A stretch of 64,000 nt of DNA from Bacilli bacterium (GCA_050953065.1 JBMNLZ010000003.1:506853-570852); one strand, 5' to 3'. Shown: positions 19,720 through 29,556, numbered from the stretch's first letter. Numbers and translations are program-made. Notes: a model not told the origin generated them from the sequence alone.

Positions 19720-20949
19720 TTAATTAATTTTTAAAAATTCTATTTCAGTTATAAATTTCTTTTCTTTTTCATCATAATTATTTGTATAATTACAGCCTGA
19801 ACTTAATAATATTTGGTTTGCTAAAAACAAACCTAGTCCGCTACCTTCTTTATAGTTTTCAGCTTGAAATCCTTTTTCCGTTAATCGTGAGCAAGACTCT
19901 TGTGAAATATAATCGGACTCATTTATAAAAATAATTGTTAGCTTATTGGCTAGTCTATCTTTTTTTAATTCAATTTCAATTTGTCCTCCTTTTGGTGAAT
20001 ATTTAATTGTATTTTCAATTAAAATAAAAAAAGCTAAAAATATATCATCATGTGCATATACAGAGTATTCTTCGTTTGCTGATTTAATTTTAATTGTTTG
20101 TTGCTTTTTCTTAGCGCTATAAATAAAAAGTTTTTCAAGTTTTTTAAGATTGCGGTGTAAATTTAAATACTTTAATTCTTTTTCATCATCTATCTCGAAA
20201 TTCAACAATCTTTTCTGGTAGCGAAGCCTAAAATCGAAAATTTTGTGCACTTCAAATAAATCATTTATTCCGTTCGATTTATCTTTTAATGTTTTTTTAA
20301 TTTTATTGTATCTAAAATCTATATCCAAAACTATTTTTTCAATGAAATCAAAAATGTCATCATATAATTTATTTCTGTTTTTTAATTTTTCTATTCTTTC
20401 ATCAATGTTATCAGTACTTAAGATTATATTTTCCTTCTTAGAATTATGATTATCTTTAATTTTTTCATAAATACTATTATATTGGCCAATAATATATTCA
20501 ACATTTTCATCTTTTCTATCTTTAGGACTGATTGTTTCTATTAAATCTCTAATATTTGTATTCCAATTTTTTAAATCATGAAATCCATTACTCTTAATAT
20601 TAAAAGCCTCCTCAAATCTAGCAAACTTTTCAATTTTATCTTTAATAGAAATATCATAAATTTTAAGATTTTTATACTCTTTATCATTGTTGTATTTATA
20701 TCTTTTTTTAATTTTACCAATTTCAGAGCAGAACTCAATTAATAAAGATGTAAATATATAATCTCGTCTAAAAAAACACGTATATCCATAGGGACAATTC
20801 TTAAACCCTTCATAATTAATTAAAATCATTTTTTTGTAAAATTTTAAACATTTACTATTATTTTTAAAATAATTTTTTTTACAAAAATTCTCTTTGTTCA
20901 AATCTACCTTTTCTATTTTATAATTGCCTATCTGAAGTTTATTAAACAT
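19720..20949 (-). CDS. Soluble histidine kinase-like protein (HATPase_c) with Cys-containing N-terminus
   Basis: H-box FHDLKN, N-box LIENTIKYS, G2 GSGLGLF; no TM segment; CPYGYTC. Confidence 0.78.
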   Translation of the reverse strand: MFNKLQIGNYKIEKVDLNKENFCKKNYFKNNSKCLKFYKKMILINYEGFKNCPYGYTCFFRRDYIFTSLLIEFCSEIGKIKKRYKYNNDKEYKNLKIYDISIKDKIEKFARFEEAFNIKSNGFHDLKNWNTNIRDLIETISPKDRKDENVEYIIGQYNSIYEKIKDNHNSKKENIILSTDNIDERIEKLKNRNKLYDDIFDFIEKIVLDIDFRYNKIKKTLKDKSNGINDLFEVHKIFDFRLRYQKRLLNFEIDDEKELKYLNLHRNLKKLEKLFIYSAKKKQQTIKIKSANEEYSVYAHDDIFLAFFILIENTIKYSPKGGQIEIELKKDRLANKLTIIFINESDYISQESCSRLTEKGFQAENYKEGSGLGLFLANQILLSSGCNYTNNYDEKEKKFITEIEFLKIN

Positions 20950-20950
20950 T

Positions 20951-21649
20951 TTAAATTACCCTCATGTTTATATATATTTTTAAAATTTCAGAAAGCATTT
21001 TTACGGCAATATTTACAATTTCAACATTTCTATCTTCAAATATTTTTTCATATTCGCTCATATAATTTTTCTTATCAATTAATGACCTTACATAAAGATG
21101 CTCCATATATGCTATATATTTGTTTGTTGCCCCCTTTTTCTTCATCTTGGATTCAATCACATCCCACATTTTAACCGGATTCCAAAAAGTTTCACAATAT
21201 TTATCTAATTCTGAAACTAACTTGGGTGTCGACTCTCCCTTTTCAATAAAGCCATCTAATATTGTAGCACTATTAGAATAGTTTTCATCAAAATCCGAAG
21301 GGTTTTGTCCTGAATATAATATTACTTTTTTTTCTGGATACATTTTCTTTATATTTTCAGCAACTGCAATCCCTTGGCACTTTCGATCAAATTTCTGCCC
21401 AACCCCCTTTATATCACATAAAATGACATTATAATCTTTTATATCATCCACTTTATAAAACTCATGCATAACAAATGTATTTTTATAACCTAAATTATTT
21501 AAAGCATTTTCATCGATTCCGTCATTGTCAATCACACATAACTTTACAATTTCTCTTTTAGGATTTTCATAATTTATGCTTGTGTTACTACTCCAATCTC
21601 TAATCGTTTTCATTTTTTTAATTCTATTTAATAGCCTTTTATTATTCAT
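20951..21649 (-). CDS. Receiver (response regulator-like) domain protein without a recognisable DNA-binding output
   Basis: LCVIDND, ILCDIKGVG, VILYSG, FIEKG receiver pattern; helical C-terminus. Confidence 0.72.
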   Translation of the reverse strand: MNNKRLLNRIKKMKTIRDWSSNTSINYENPKREIVKLCVIDNDGIDENALNNLGYKNTFVMHEFYKVDDIKDYNVILCDIKGVGQKFDRKCQGIAVAENIKKMYPEKKVILYSGQNPSDFDENYSNSATILDGFIEKGESTPKLVSELDKYCETFWNPVKMWDVIESKMKKKGATNKYIAYMEHLYVRSLIDKKNYMSEYEKIFEDRNVEIVNIAVKMLSEILKIYINMRVI

Positions 21650-21678
21650 AATCTATCCCTTTCCTCTTTCTTTTTTTC

Positions 21679-22686
21679 TTATTTAACTTTATCAATAACT
21701 TTTACTAAATACTCTCCAAATATCTCAATATTTTCTTTTCTAAATCCGAAAATTTTGTCTAAATCTTCTTTTGTTTTAGGTTTCATTTTTGCAAGATATT
21801 CAGCAACTTTATCACTGTATACTTCATCTTCTGTTAATTTATTATATTTAGCAATTTTAGGACGTTCTTCTAAAAGTTTGTTATATATCTCTTCGGTTTT
21901 ATTGCTTTCTTTAGAGTTTTTAAAATGACTAAAAAATTCAATGATTTCCTTTCCAAAAGTTTCTATTTTATTTGGTCCAAATCCTTTAACTTTGCTTAAT
22001 TCTTCTAATGTCTTAGGATTAGCTTTAATTAATCGGTTCATTTCTTCGTTATTAAAAACCATATATACAGGAAATAAATTGTATTTTTTTGATATATTAA
22101 GTCTTAAATCTTTTAAGTCAGCTTCAATTTGGGTTTCAACTTTCTCATCAACATTCTTTTTTTTCTGGTTTTTTTCTTCAATTGGTAAAAATTCGATTTT
22201 TGAAAATCCTTTTTCTCTAATTTCTTTTTGATAAAAATCCTTTACATCTTCAATCATCTTTTTAACATCTTCTGCTCTTAAGATTTTTATTTGCATATCT
22301 TCTGCAATTTCTTTTGCATCACTCGTTAAATCAGATGTAGTTATTAGCCAAAGATGGCTTAAATCATGTCTTTTTTTAGCACTTGCCAATTGATTTATCG
22401 GAGAAGTGCCTACTCTATTTTTCCAATATTTAGCTTGAATTCCTATACGAAAAATGCTTCCATCTTTTTGATGTGCTGTAACAATTAAGTCAACCCCTCC
22501 ATCGCCTTTTCCTTTTTCACTATTTTTTTTAACTTCATAACCTGCAATATCTCTAAAATAATAATACAAGAACCATTCAAACTTTTCATAATCATAATAC
22601 TTGTCATCCATTAATTGATTAAATGAATTTGGAAATTTATAATCAATCATTGTTTTTTTATTTAGTATTTCATTTATTAAATTCAT
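21679..22686 (-). CDS. Mrr-like restriction endonuclease fused to two HRDC domains
   Basis: FEWF..GYEV..GDGGVDLIV..GIQAKYW..VG Mrr_cat motif; two HRDC repeats (VFNNEEM..PKTLEELSKVKGFG..KIETFG; VYSD..PKTKEDLDKIFGF..IEIFG). Confidence 0.82.
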   Translation of the reverse strand: MNLINEILNKKTMIDYKFPNSFNQLMDDKYYDYEKFEWFLYYYFRDIAGYEVKKNSEKGKGDGGVDLIVTAHQKDGSIFRIGIQAKYWKNRVGTSPINQLASAKKRHDLSHLWLITTSDLTSDAKEIAEDMQIKILRAEDVKKMIEDVKDFYQKEIREKGFSKIEFLPIEEKNQKKKNVDEKVETQIEADLKDLRLNISKKYNLFPVYMVFNNEEMNRLIKANPKTLEELSKVKGFGPNKIETFGKEIIEFFSHFKNSKESNKTEEIYNKLLEERPKIAKYNKLTEDEVYSDKVAEYLAKMKPKTKEDLDKIFGFRKENIEIFGEYLVKVIDKVK

Positions 22687-23002
22687 ATATCCTCCTTTTA
22701 ATTAAATACTTATATTTTTTTATTTTCAAAAAACTAAATGAAAAAGAAAATCTTTTATACTTGGAAAGATTTTTTATTTTATTTAAAATCTAATTTCCTA
22801 ATAGTTTGAAATAAATTTATTCACAATAATACTTCTTAATATATTATCTACTTCTAATTATAACATTAGTTTATAAATTATTAAATGTTTTTTTAATAAA
22901 CTAATGTTTATTAATCTCAATATATTATACGCAAACAATTATTAATCATTTACTGATATTTTAAGTTAAATAATTGAACTGCAACTTTTTAATGCACCTT
23001 AA

Positions 23003-23031
23003 TTGACAACCATAAATTTATCTAATATAAT
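23003..23031 (+). promoter_or_regulatory. Consensus sigma-A promoter of cdr
   Basis: TTGACA(23003-08)-17 nt-TATAAT(23026-31); GGAGG RBS at 23049-53. Confidence 0.85.
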
Positions 23032-23059
23032 CTAATTAATATGCAACTGGAGGATAAAT

Positions 23060-24760
23060 ATGAAAAAGAAAATCTTAATTATTGGTGGTGTTGCAGGTGG
23101 CGCTAATGCTGCAACTCGCCTAAGACGCAACGATGAATTTGCTGAAATAATTCTTTTTGAAAGAGGAGAATATATTTCATTTGCTAATTGTGGCCTACCT
23201 TATTACATCGGCGGAGTAATTGAAAATAGAAGTTCACTAATCGTTCAATCAAAAGAAGATATTGAAGCAAAATTTAATATTGATGTTAGAATCTTTAGCG
23301 AAGTAATTTCAATTAATAAAGATAAAAAAACTATAACTGTTAATAATTTAAAAGAAAATAAAATATATGAAGAAAGTTATGATAATTTAATCATCTCAAC
23401 TGGAGCAATGCCTATTAAACCTAATATTGAAGGAGCTAGTGATGCTTTAAATATCTTTACAATCCGTAATATTCCAGATACTGATAATATTAAAAATTTT
23501 ATTAATAACAATAAACCTAAAACTGCTGTAGTAGTTGGGGGTGGATTTATTGGACTAGAAATGGTTGAAAACCTACAACATTTAGGAATTAAAGTAACCT
23601 TAGTAGAAATGGCTCCTCAAGTAATGACTCCAATTGATTTTGAACTTGCTCAGATAATTCATCTTCATCTAAAGGATAAGGGAGTTAATTTAATTTTAAA
23701 TAATGGTGTTAAAGCATTTAAAGATAAGGGTAAAAAAATAATTCTATCTGATGGAAAAGAAATCTCTACTGATATGGTGATTCTAGCAATTGGAGTTAGA
23801 CCTGAAAATATTCTAGCAAAGAATGCTCTTCTTACCTTAGGAGAAAGAGGCGGTATTTTAGTAAATGAATTTCTTCAAACATCAGACCCAGCAATTTATG
23901 CTGTAGGAGACGTTATAGAAACAAACGATTTTCTAACAAAAAAACTCTCTAATATTCCTCTAGCAGGTCCTGCTAATAAACAAGGAAGAATAGCAGCTGA
24001 TAATATCTATGGTAAAGGCGAAAAATATATTGGAGCACTTGGTACTTCAGTTGCTAAAGTCTTTGATTTAACTGTAGCATCAACTGGTTATAACGAAAAA
24101 ATTCTAAAAGCATTAAACCTGAAATATAACGCAATCCATGCTCATCCTTTATCTAATGCAGGATATTATCCAGGTGGGGCATCAATTTCGATTAAACTTC
24201 TTTATAACCCTGAAACAGAAGAAATCTATGGTGCTCAAGCAGTTGGAATAAAAGGCGTTGATAAAAGAATTGATGTTTTAGCTACCGCCATTTATTCTAA
24301 ACTTAAAGCAAGCGAACTTAGAAACCTAGAGCTTTCTTATGCTCCTCCTTTTTCCTCTGCTAAAGATCCTGTTAATATGTTAGGTTATGTTGCAGAAAAC
24401 ATTAAAAGAGGATTAGTTAAAACATTCCAGTGGTATGAGGTTAAAGATTTAATCAAAGAAAAAGCATTCTTATTAGACATAAGAGAACAGTTTGAAAGAG
24501 ATTTAGGTACTATACCTGCATCTCTTCATATTCCATTTAGTAAAGTTAGATCATCTTTAGATCTTCTTCCTAAAGATAAGCCAATTTATCTATTCTGCCA
24601 ATCAGGCGTTAGAGCCAACTCCGTAACACGTCTTTTAAACCAAAGAGGTTTTGATGTTTATAACCTATCAGGAGGTTATAGAACATATAGTTTTGTCTGT
24701 GATACAAAGAATATTTCAACTGAAGAAATTGATGATTCAGGTGTTTTAATAAAGAAATAA
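23060..24760 (+). CDS. cdr: CoA-disulfide reductase with C-terminal rhodanese domain
   Basis: GGVAGG, SFANCGLPY redox Cys, GGGFIGLE, YAPPFSSAKDPVN, rhodanese FCQSGVRA..LSGG. Confidence 0.92.
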   Translation: MKKKILIIGGVAGGANAATRLRRNDEFAEIILFERGEYISFANCGLPYYIGGVIENRSSLIVQSKEDIEAKFNIDVRIFSEVISINKDKKTITVNNLKENKIYEESYDNLIISTGAMPIKPNIEGASDALNIFTIRNIPDTDNIKNFINNNKPKTAVVVGGGFIGLEMVENLQHLGIKVTLVEMAPQVMTPIDFELAQIIHLHLKDKGVNLILNNGVKAFKDKGKKIILSDGKEISTDMVILAIGVRPENILAKNALLTLGERGGILVNEFLQTSDPAIYAVGDVIETNDFLTKKLSNIPLAGPANKQGRIAADNIYGKGEKYIGALGTSVAKVFDLTVASTGYNEKILKALNLKYNAIHAHPLSNAGYYPGGASISIKLLYNPETEEIYGAQAVGIKGVDKRIDVLATAIYSKLKASELRNLELSYAPPFSSAKDPVNMLGYVAENIKRGLVKTFQWYEVKDLIKEKAFLLDIREQFERDLGTIPASLHIPFSKVRSSLDLLPKDKPIYLFCQSGVRANSVTRLLNQRGFDVYNLSGGYRTYSFVCDTKNISTEEIDDSGVLIKK

Positions 24761-24859
24761 CAAATGATTTTAACACCAAAATCCAATCATTATAATTAGT
24801 GTATCAATAATAAGAGTCAGTATTGAGACTCTATGATTAAAAAATTAGATCATAAAGAT

Positions 24860-24896
24860 AAATAAGACTGCTATTTAAAAAACGCAGTCTTATTTT
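24860..24896. terminator. Bidirectional terminator after cdr
   Basis: aaataagactgc..gcagtcttattt inverted repeat between convergent genes. Confidence 0.75.
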
Positions 24897-25108
24897 TATT
24901 CATCAAACTTTCTTCTTTTTAAAAAATATCCTTTCTTTTCTTCTTTTGCTTCTTCTGTTAACTCTTCTTTTTTAGAATAACTAAGTACAACAAAGAAAAA
25001 CAAAACCCAAATAGGAAAACAAACAAAAACAAAGATATAAATATTCCAATTTAAAACCCTAAATAAAACAAATCCTAATATTAGAATTAAAACCATTATT
25101 AATTTCAC
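24896..25108 (-). CDS. Small membrane protein (two hydrophobic segments, charged tail)
   Basis: 70 aa, GTG start with GGGG RBS-like run; ends at the terminator. Confidence 0.5.
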   Translation of the reverse strand: MKLIMVLILILGFVLFRVLNWNIYIFVFVCFPIWVLFFFVVLSYSKKEELTEEAKEEKKGYFLKRRKFDE

Positions 25109-25380
25109 ATTTTTCCCCTATTTTTCAAGTAAATTATCTCAAATTATAAACTAAACCAATAAACTTATAAACCGCCCCTTAAAACACCGTTTAAGGCCTT
25201 AAATTCCCTCTAAAATCGTTTTTAATTTCTAATTCCAATAAATACCTTAATTAAAATTTAAACCAACTAAACTAAAATTTAAACTTCACGTAAATCTATG
25301 CTTTTTGTTTTACCTCATCTATTTTATACAAGTATTATACTATAAAAGATAAAAAATAAAAAGATAAAAAATGAAGAGGA

Positions 25381-26484
25381 TTAATCATCCTCTTCATCAT
25401 CTTCTTCGTCGTCTTCTTCATCTTCTTCATCGTCTTCATCTTCATCTTCAACAACTCTATCTTTTTCAAATTCAAATTCAAAATCCCCTGAATGTATTTC
25501 ATAACTATAAACATTTTTTTGTAATGTTTCATCATAAACTACACTTATTAGAATATAACCTTCTTCATCTATTTCATTTTCTATTTCATAATCAACATGA
25601 ATTTGATTAGCATTAATTTCTTTATAGATTAAAAAGTTTATTTCTTTTTCTTCAGTTTCATAGATAAGTTCAATTATAAGTTCTTTAGAAGATAATTCAA
25701 TTTTAATTTCACTTTCAAAGATTTCTTCATCATTTTCATAAATACTGTAATTAAATTTCTCTTTAGTATTTTCTTTTTTATATTCTACTTCGATGTAATT
25801 ATCAATATTTTCTATTTGAAAAGCTTTTAAACTCAACTCTTCTTCTTTATTAACTTTAATTAATTTTCCTTCAAAACTATATTCCTCATTTAAAAACTCC
25901 ATAATGCCTTTAAATATGGTTTCATTCTTTGTTTTAGTTTCGTTATAGTAAAGAATATAATCAACAACTGTTCCATCTAATAATTTAGAAGTAAATTTAA
26001 CTTCTCTTTTAAAAGTATCTTTAGTAGAAGTTTTTATTTCAAATAAGGATTCATCATTATTATTAACTAATGGTTCTAAAAAATTTAAGTATTGATTTAG
26101 AATATCTATTTGATTGTTTACTAATAATGGATTTTCTCCTTCATTACTCATAGCACTAGCACTAACTTGATTGTGTTGATATAAAAGCATTACAGAAGAA
26201 AAACAAGATACACTATAAATTTCTTCTTTAGTTTCAAACGATAAACTTCTTGTTTGAATGTAAGGAGCAGTATTTAGGTTTGTTAAAAAGATTGTTAGAA
26301 TAATGATAAATCCAAAAGCAGCTGATAAGATAAATGCAAAACTATTTGTTTTAAATCTACTCTTTTTTACCTCTAACTCTTTTTCTTCAATTTCTATATT
26401 TTTAAAATCAATTTTAGAAATTACATCTGGAGTTAAAAGATAAATATCATCTTTAATTTTCTTTTTTAAATCTTTAGTCTTCAT
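25381..26484 (-). CDS. Putative anti-sigma factor, single TM, acidic extracellular domain with poly-D/E tail
   Basis: Overlaps the ECF sigma stop; short cytoplasmic N-terminus with TPD, one TM, EDEDDEED tail. Confidence 0.7.
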   Translation of the reverse strand: MKTKDLKKKIKDDIYLLTPDVISKIDFKNIEIEEKELEVKKSRFKTNSFAFILSAAFGFIIILTIFLTNLNTAPYIQTRSLSFETKEEIYSVSCFSSVMLLYQHNQVSASAMSNEGENPLLVNNQIDILNQYLNFLEPLVNNNDESLFEIKTSTKDTFKREVKFTSKLLDGTVVDYILYYNETKTKNETIFKGIMEFLNEEYSFEGKLIKVNKEEELSLKAFQIENIDNYIEVEYKKENTKEKFNYSIYENDEEIFESEIKIELSSKELIIELIYETEEKEINFLIYKEINANQIHVDYEIENEIDEEGYILISVVYDETLQKNVYSYEIHSGDFEFEFEKDRVVEDEDEDDEEDEEDDEEDDEEDD

Positions 26485-26986
26485 CTTTTACCTCCTTTTT
26501 CATTTTCTTAATTGCTTTATTATAGATCCAAAGGATTGTTCCAAGTGGTTTATCTAAAACTAAAGCAATATCTTTATGTTTTAAATCTTGAACGATTTTT
26601 AATAAAACAACTTGTTTTTCTAAATCATCTAAAACACTTAAATATTTATTCATATCAAGCACAGACTTTTCTTCTTTTATTTCTTCTTGATGTAAGTCTA
26701 TAATGTCAGATTCTAATAATACTTCTTTTTTTCGTTTTAAATAATCTATGCAATAATTTTTAGTTAGAGTTAAAAGCCAATTAATAAATTTATATTTTGG
26801 ATTATAATAGTTAATCTTTTCAACCATCCTCATATAAACTTCTTGCATAATATCTTCTGCCAAAAAGCGATCTTTTATGATTGATGTAATCATAGAATAG
26901 ACTACATATCTAGTATCATAATAAATCGCTTCAAAGGCCTGTTCATCTTTTTGTTTAATTGCTTCAACATATTTTTTGTAATCCAT
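26474..26986 (-). CDS. ECF RNA polymerase sigma factor
   Basis: AFEAIY, AEDIMQEVY, FINWL..KNYCIDYLK region 2; LKHKDIA..KPLGTI region 4. Confidence 0.92.
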   Translation of the reverse strand: MDYKKYVEAIKQKDEQAFEAIYYDTRYVVYSMITSIIKDRFLAEDIMQEVYMRMVEKINYYNPKYKFINWLLTLTKNYCIDYLKRKKEVLLESDIIDLHQEEIKEEKSVLDMNKYLSVLDDLEKQVVLLKIVQDLKHKDIALVLDKPLGTILWIYNKAIKKMKKEVKDED

Positions 26987-27053
26987 ATCATATCTCCTTG
27001 CTTAACAAGGATTATATCACATTTGAAACAATAATTAAAATATTATATTATTT

Positions 27054-27992
27054 TTATACGTCTTCTTCTTCATCATCCTCATCATCATCGTCATCATCAT
27101 AGTTGCTTTCAAATTCATCTTCAAATTCACCATCATTATCATCATCTACTTCATAAGTAATTGTGCTCTTACCTGTTACATCATTAACTGCAACAGTTAA
27201 TTTAGCTTTACCTTTACTTACAGCTACGCCATTTTCTTTAACTTCATATTCAACTTCAATTTCATTATCTTCTTGTTCGAATTTATATTTTCTTGATGAG
27301 TTTCCTTCAATTGTTTCTAGAGAAATTTCAGTTTCATTGTCTTCTTGTTCAAAACTAATTTTTAAAGATTTAACTAAATTACCATTTTGATAAATTTCAT
27401 ATGTGAATTCTTTTTCAACTTCATCTAATTCTTCTTCGAATTCATATTCTAACAAACAATAGTTATCACTGTCTATATATGCTTTAATTTCTACTTGAGT
27501 TTCAGTTTCATCTTCTTCTATTTCAACTTCTTTTTTTCCTTCAAATAAATATTCAACTTCTCCTACTACCATAAGACCAGTAATAGTAGTTTCTTCATCA
27601 TCTTGTTTTTCTTCATTAAAATAGAATTTATAAAGCATTACAGTTCCATCAATATCTTTAAATGAAATTTCAATTAATGAAGCATATAATTCATTATCAG
27701 ATTCAGTTTCTTTTACTTTAAAACCATTATCTAGTTTAAGACTTTCAATGATTGCAAGATAAGGCTCAATTTCAGTAATTACAGGTTTTTCTTCTGTAGG
27801 AGTTAACTCGCTAGTAGCCAATCTAACCGGAGTTGGACTAACAGCACTTAAAGATCTAACAGTACTTACAGCTGAAAATCCCAACAAATCATTTTCTGAT
27901 TTAAAAGCGCTAGCTCTAGTTTTACTAAAACTACAAGCCGCCAATAAAACAACAACTAATACAACACTTACTAAACTTAAAAATTTTTTCAT
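27054..27992 (-). CDS. Highly acidic lipoprotein homologous to the anti-sigma extracellular domain
   Basis: Lipobox LAAC; alignable blocks with the 25381 protein; poly-D/E tail. Confidence 0.75.
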   Translation of the reverse strand: MKKFLSLVSVVLVVVLLAACSFSKTRASAFKSENDLLGFSAVSTVRSLSAVSPTPVRLATSELTPTEEKPVITEIEPYLAIIESLKLDNGFKVKETESDNELYASLIEISFKDIDGTVMLYKFYFNEEKQDDEETTITGLMVVGEVEYLFEGKKEVEIEEDETETQVEIKAYIDSDNYCLLEYEFEEELDEVEKEFTYEIYQNGNLVKSLKISFEQEDNETEISLETIEGNSSRKYKFEQEDNEIEVEYEVKENGVAVSKGKAKLTVAVNDVTGKSTITYEVDDDNDGEFEDEFESNYDDDDDDEDDEEEDV

Positions 27993-28100
27993 TTTTTAAC
28001 CCTCCTTTATTTGGTTTCAATAACTATACGACAAATTTAATATTTTATTGGTAAAAAAAATAAAAGTTTTATTAACTTTTATTTTTTTAAATAAATTCAA

Positions 28101-29363
28101 TTAATCTTTTAAGCATCCAATAGGAACTACTAATACACCATCATCTCTTTTATAAGCATATTTAGTCCCAGTCACAACCATTAAAAAAGAAGGCTCTCTC
28201 ATTTTATCAATATCTATTTTTTCTTTTAATTTCAATAAATTTAGAGCTGCTTTATCAATATCAGAAGAGCCTAATTTTATTTCAACAGCTCCCCATTTAC
28301 CATTATTCAAATGAATAATAGCATCTACTTCTAATTCATTTTTATCACGATAATGATACACCTTACCATTGTTAGCTTGAGCATATACTCTTAAATCTCT
28401 AATTACTAAAGATTCAAATAAATTACCAAATGTTTTCCAATCATTTTTTAAATCTTCACTTGTTGCTCCTAAAAAATAGGCTGCAATAGCAGGATCTACA
28501 AAATGTCTTGTATCAGAAACTCTAATTGTTGTTTTCGATCTTAAGAAAGGGCTCCACGCTGGTAAGTCCTCTATAACAAATATCTTTTTAAAAGTTTTTA
28601 TATAATCAACCAAAGTATTTAGATGCATATTTTCATATTTAGAAGTGACATCAGCAAGAATCTTTGTATTAGTAGCTTGTGATGCGGTGTTTCTTGCAAG
28701 AGATCTAAGAATTGCATAAGCTTTATTTTCATCCCTTTCTGTCCCATCAATTAACTTTATCTCAGTTTTTATAATCGATTCAGAATAACCTGCTATTTGT
28801 TTTAAAGCGATGCTTTCACTTTTACCTAGAGATTTAGGCCACCCACCTGTGACAATTGCTACGCTTAAATCATCTATCGATAATTTTGATTCTGAATTTA
28901 TATCAACCTTTTCATTTCCAAACAAATTTAAAAATGAAATATCACCTGTTGATTTGCCTTGTTCATAAAGAGTCATTGTACGCATATTCACTCTAGAGAT
29001 TCTTCCCGTCCCAGAATGAATAATACTATCATCATCCACAGTCACTGAGCCTGTAAGTATATATAAACCTTCTTGATTACGCTTATCAATATCGTATCTA
29101 ATTGCTCCCCATAATTTTGGAGCATCTTGCCATTCATCTATAAGCCTAGGATTTTCTCCTACTAATAATCTAGAAGGCATGATATCAGCAGTTTGTAGAT
29201 ATTGATCTCTCATATCTTCGTCTTGCAAATATATTTTACTTTTTGCTAATTGTTCAGCAGATGTTGTTTTTCCACACCATTTAGGACCAACAATCAAAAC
29301 AGCACCAAAAGCTTCCAATTCTTCTTTAATTGTTTTATCTATTATTCTTGGAAAATATTTCAT
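28101..29363 (-). CDS. AAA_14 ATPase with DUF4143 (C-terminal PD-(D/E)xK-like) domain
   Basis: GPKWCGKTT, LIDEWQ, ILTGS, HSGTGRI, FESLVIRDL, EVDAII..AVEIK. Confidence 0.9.
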   Translation of the reverse strand: MKYFPRIIDKTIKEELEAFGAVLIVGPKWCGKTTSAEQLAKSKIYLQDEDMRDQYLQTADIMPSRLLVGENPRLIDEWQDAPKLWGAIRYDIDKRNQEGLYILTGSVTVDDDSIIHSGTGRISRVNMRTMTLYEQGKSTGDISFLNLFGNEKVDINSESKLSIDDLSVAIVTGGWPKSLGKSESIALKQIAGYSESIIKTEIKLIDGTERDENKAYAILRSLARNTASQATNTKILADVTSKYENMHLNTLVDYIKTFKKIFVIEDLPAWSPFLRSKTTIRVSDTRHFVDPAIAAYFLGATSEDLKNDWKTFGNLFESLVIRDLRVYAQANNGKVYHYRDKNELEVDAIIHLNNGKWGAVEIKLGSSDIDKAALNLLKLKEKIDIDKMREPSFLMVVTGTKYAYKRDDGVLVVPIGCLKD

Positions 29364-29420
29364 TTTTTTCCTCCACTTTTAAACCTATTATATCAAAGTC
29401 TTTTAATTTAAGCAATACCT

Positions 29421-29489
29421 ATTGTGTGTTTTGTCCATTTTTCATTGTGCGTTTCGGCTGGTTTTCATTGTGTGTTTCGGCTGAAAATA
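29421..29489. repeat. Three tandem 23-bp imperfect repeats upstream of the DUF4143 ATPase
   Basis: attgtgtgttttgtccatttttc / attgtgcgtttcggctggttttc / attgtgtgtttcggctgaaaata. Confidence 0.85.
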
Positions 29490-29556
29490 TTTTAAAATTA
29501 ACTATAAAAAAAGGATATTAATGAAATCATTAATACCCTTAGATTATTTTTAAAAA

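Noticed and set aside
22690-23000. Extremely AT-rich gap as replication origin
   Set aside because: No DnaA-box cluster seen; explained as a divergent promoter region
25335-25610. ORFs 25335-25535 (-) and 25371-25610 (+), Met/Lys- or His/Leu-rich
   Set aside because: Alternative frames of the GAY/GAR-rich poly-acidic tail of the anti-sigma gene
29421-29489. Possible mini CRISPR array
   Set aside because: Units are directly adjacent with no unique spacers and are far from the cas genes
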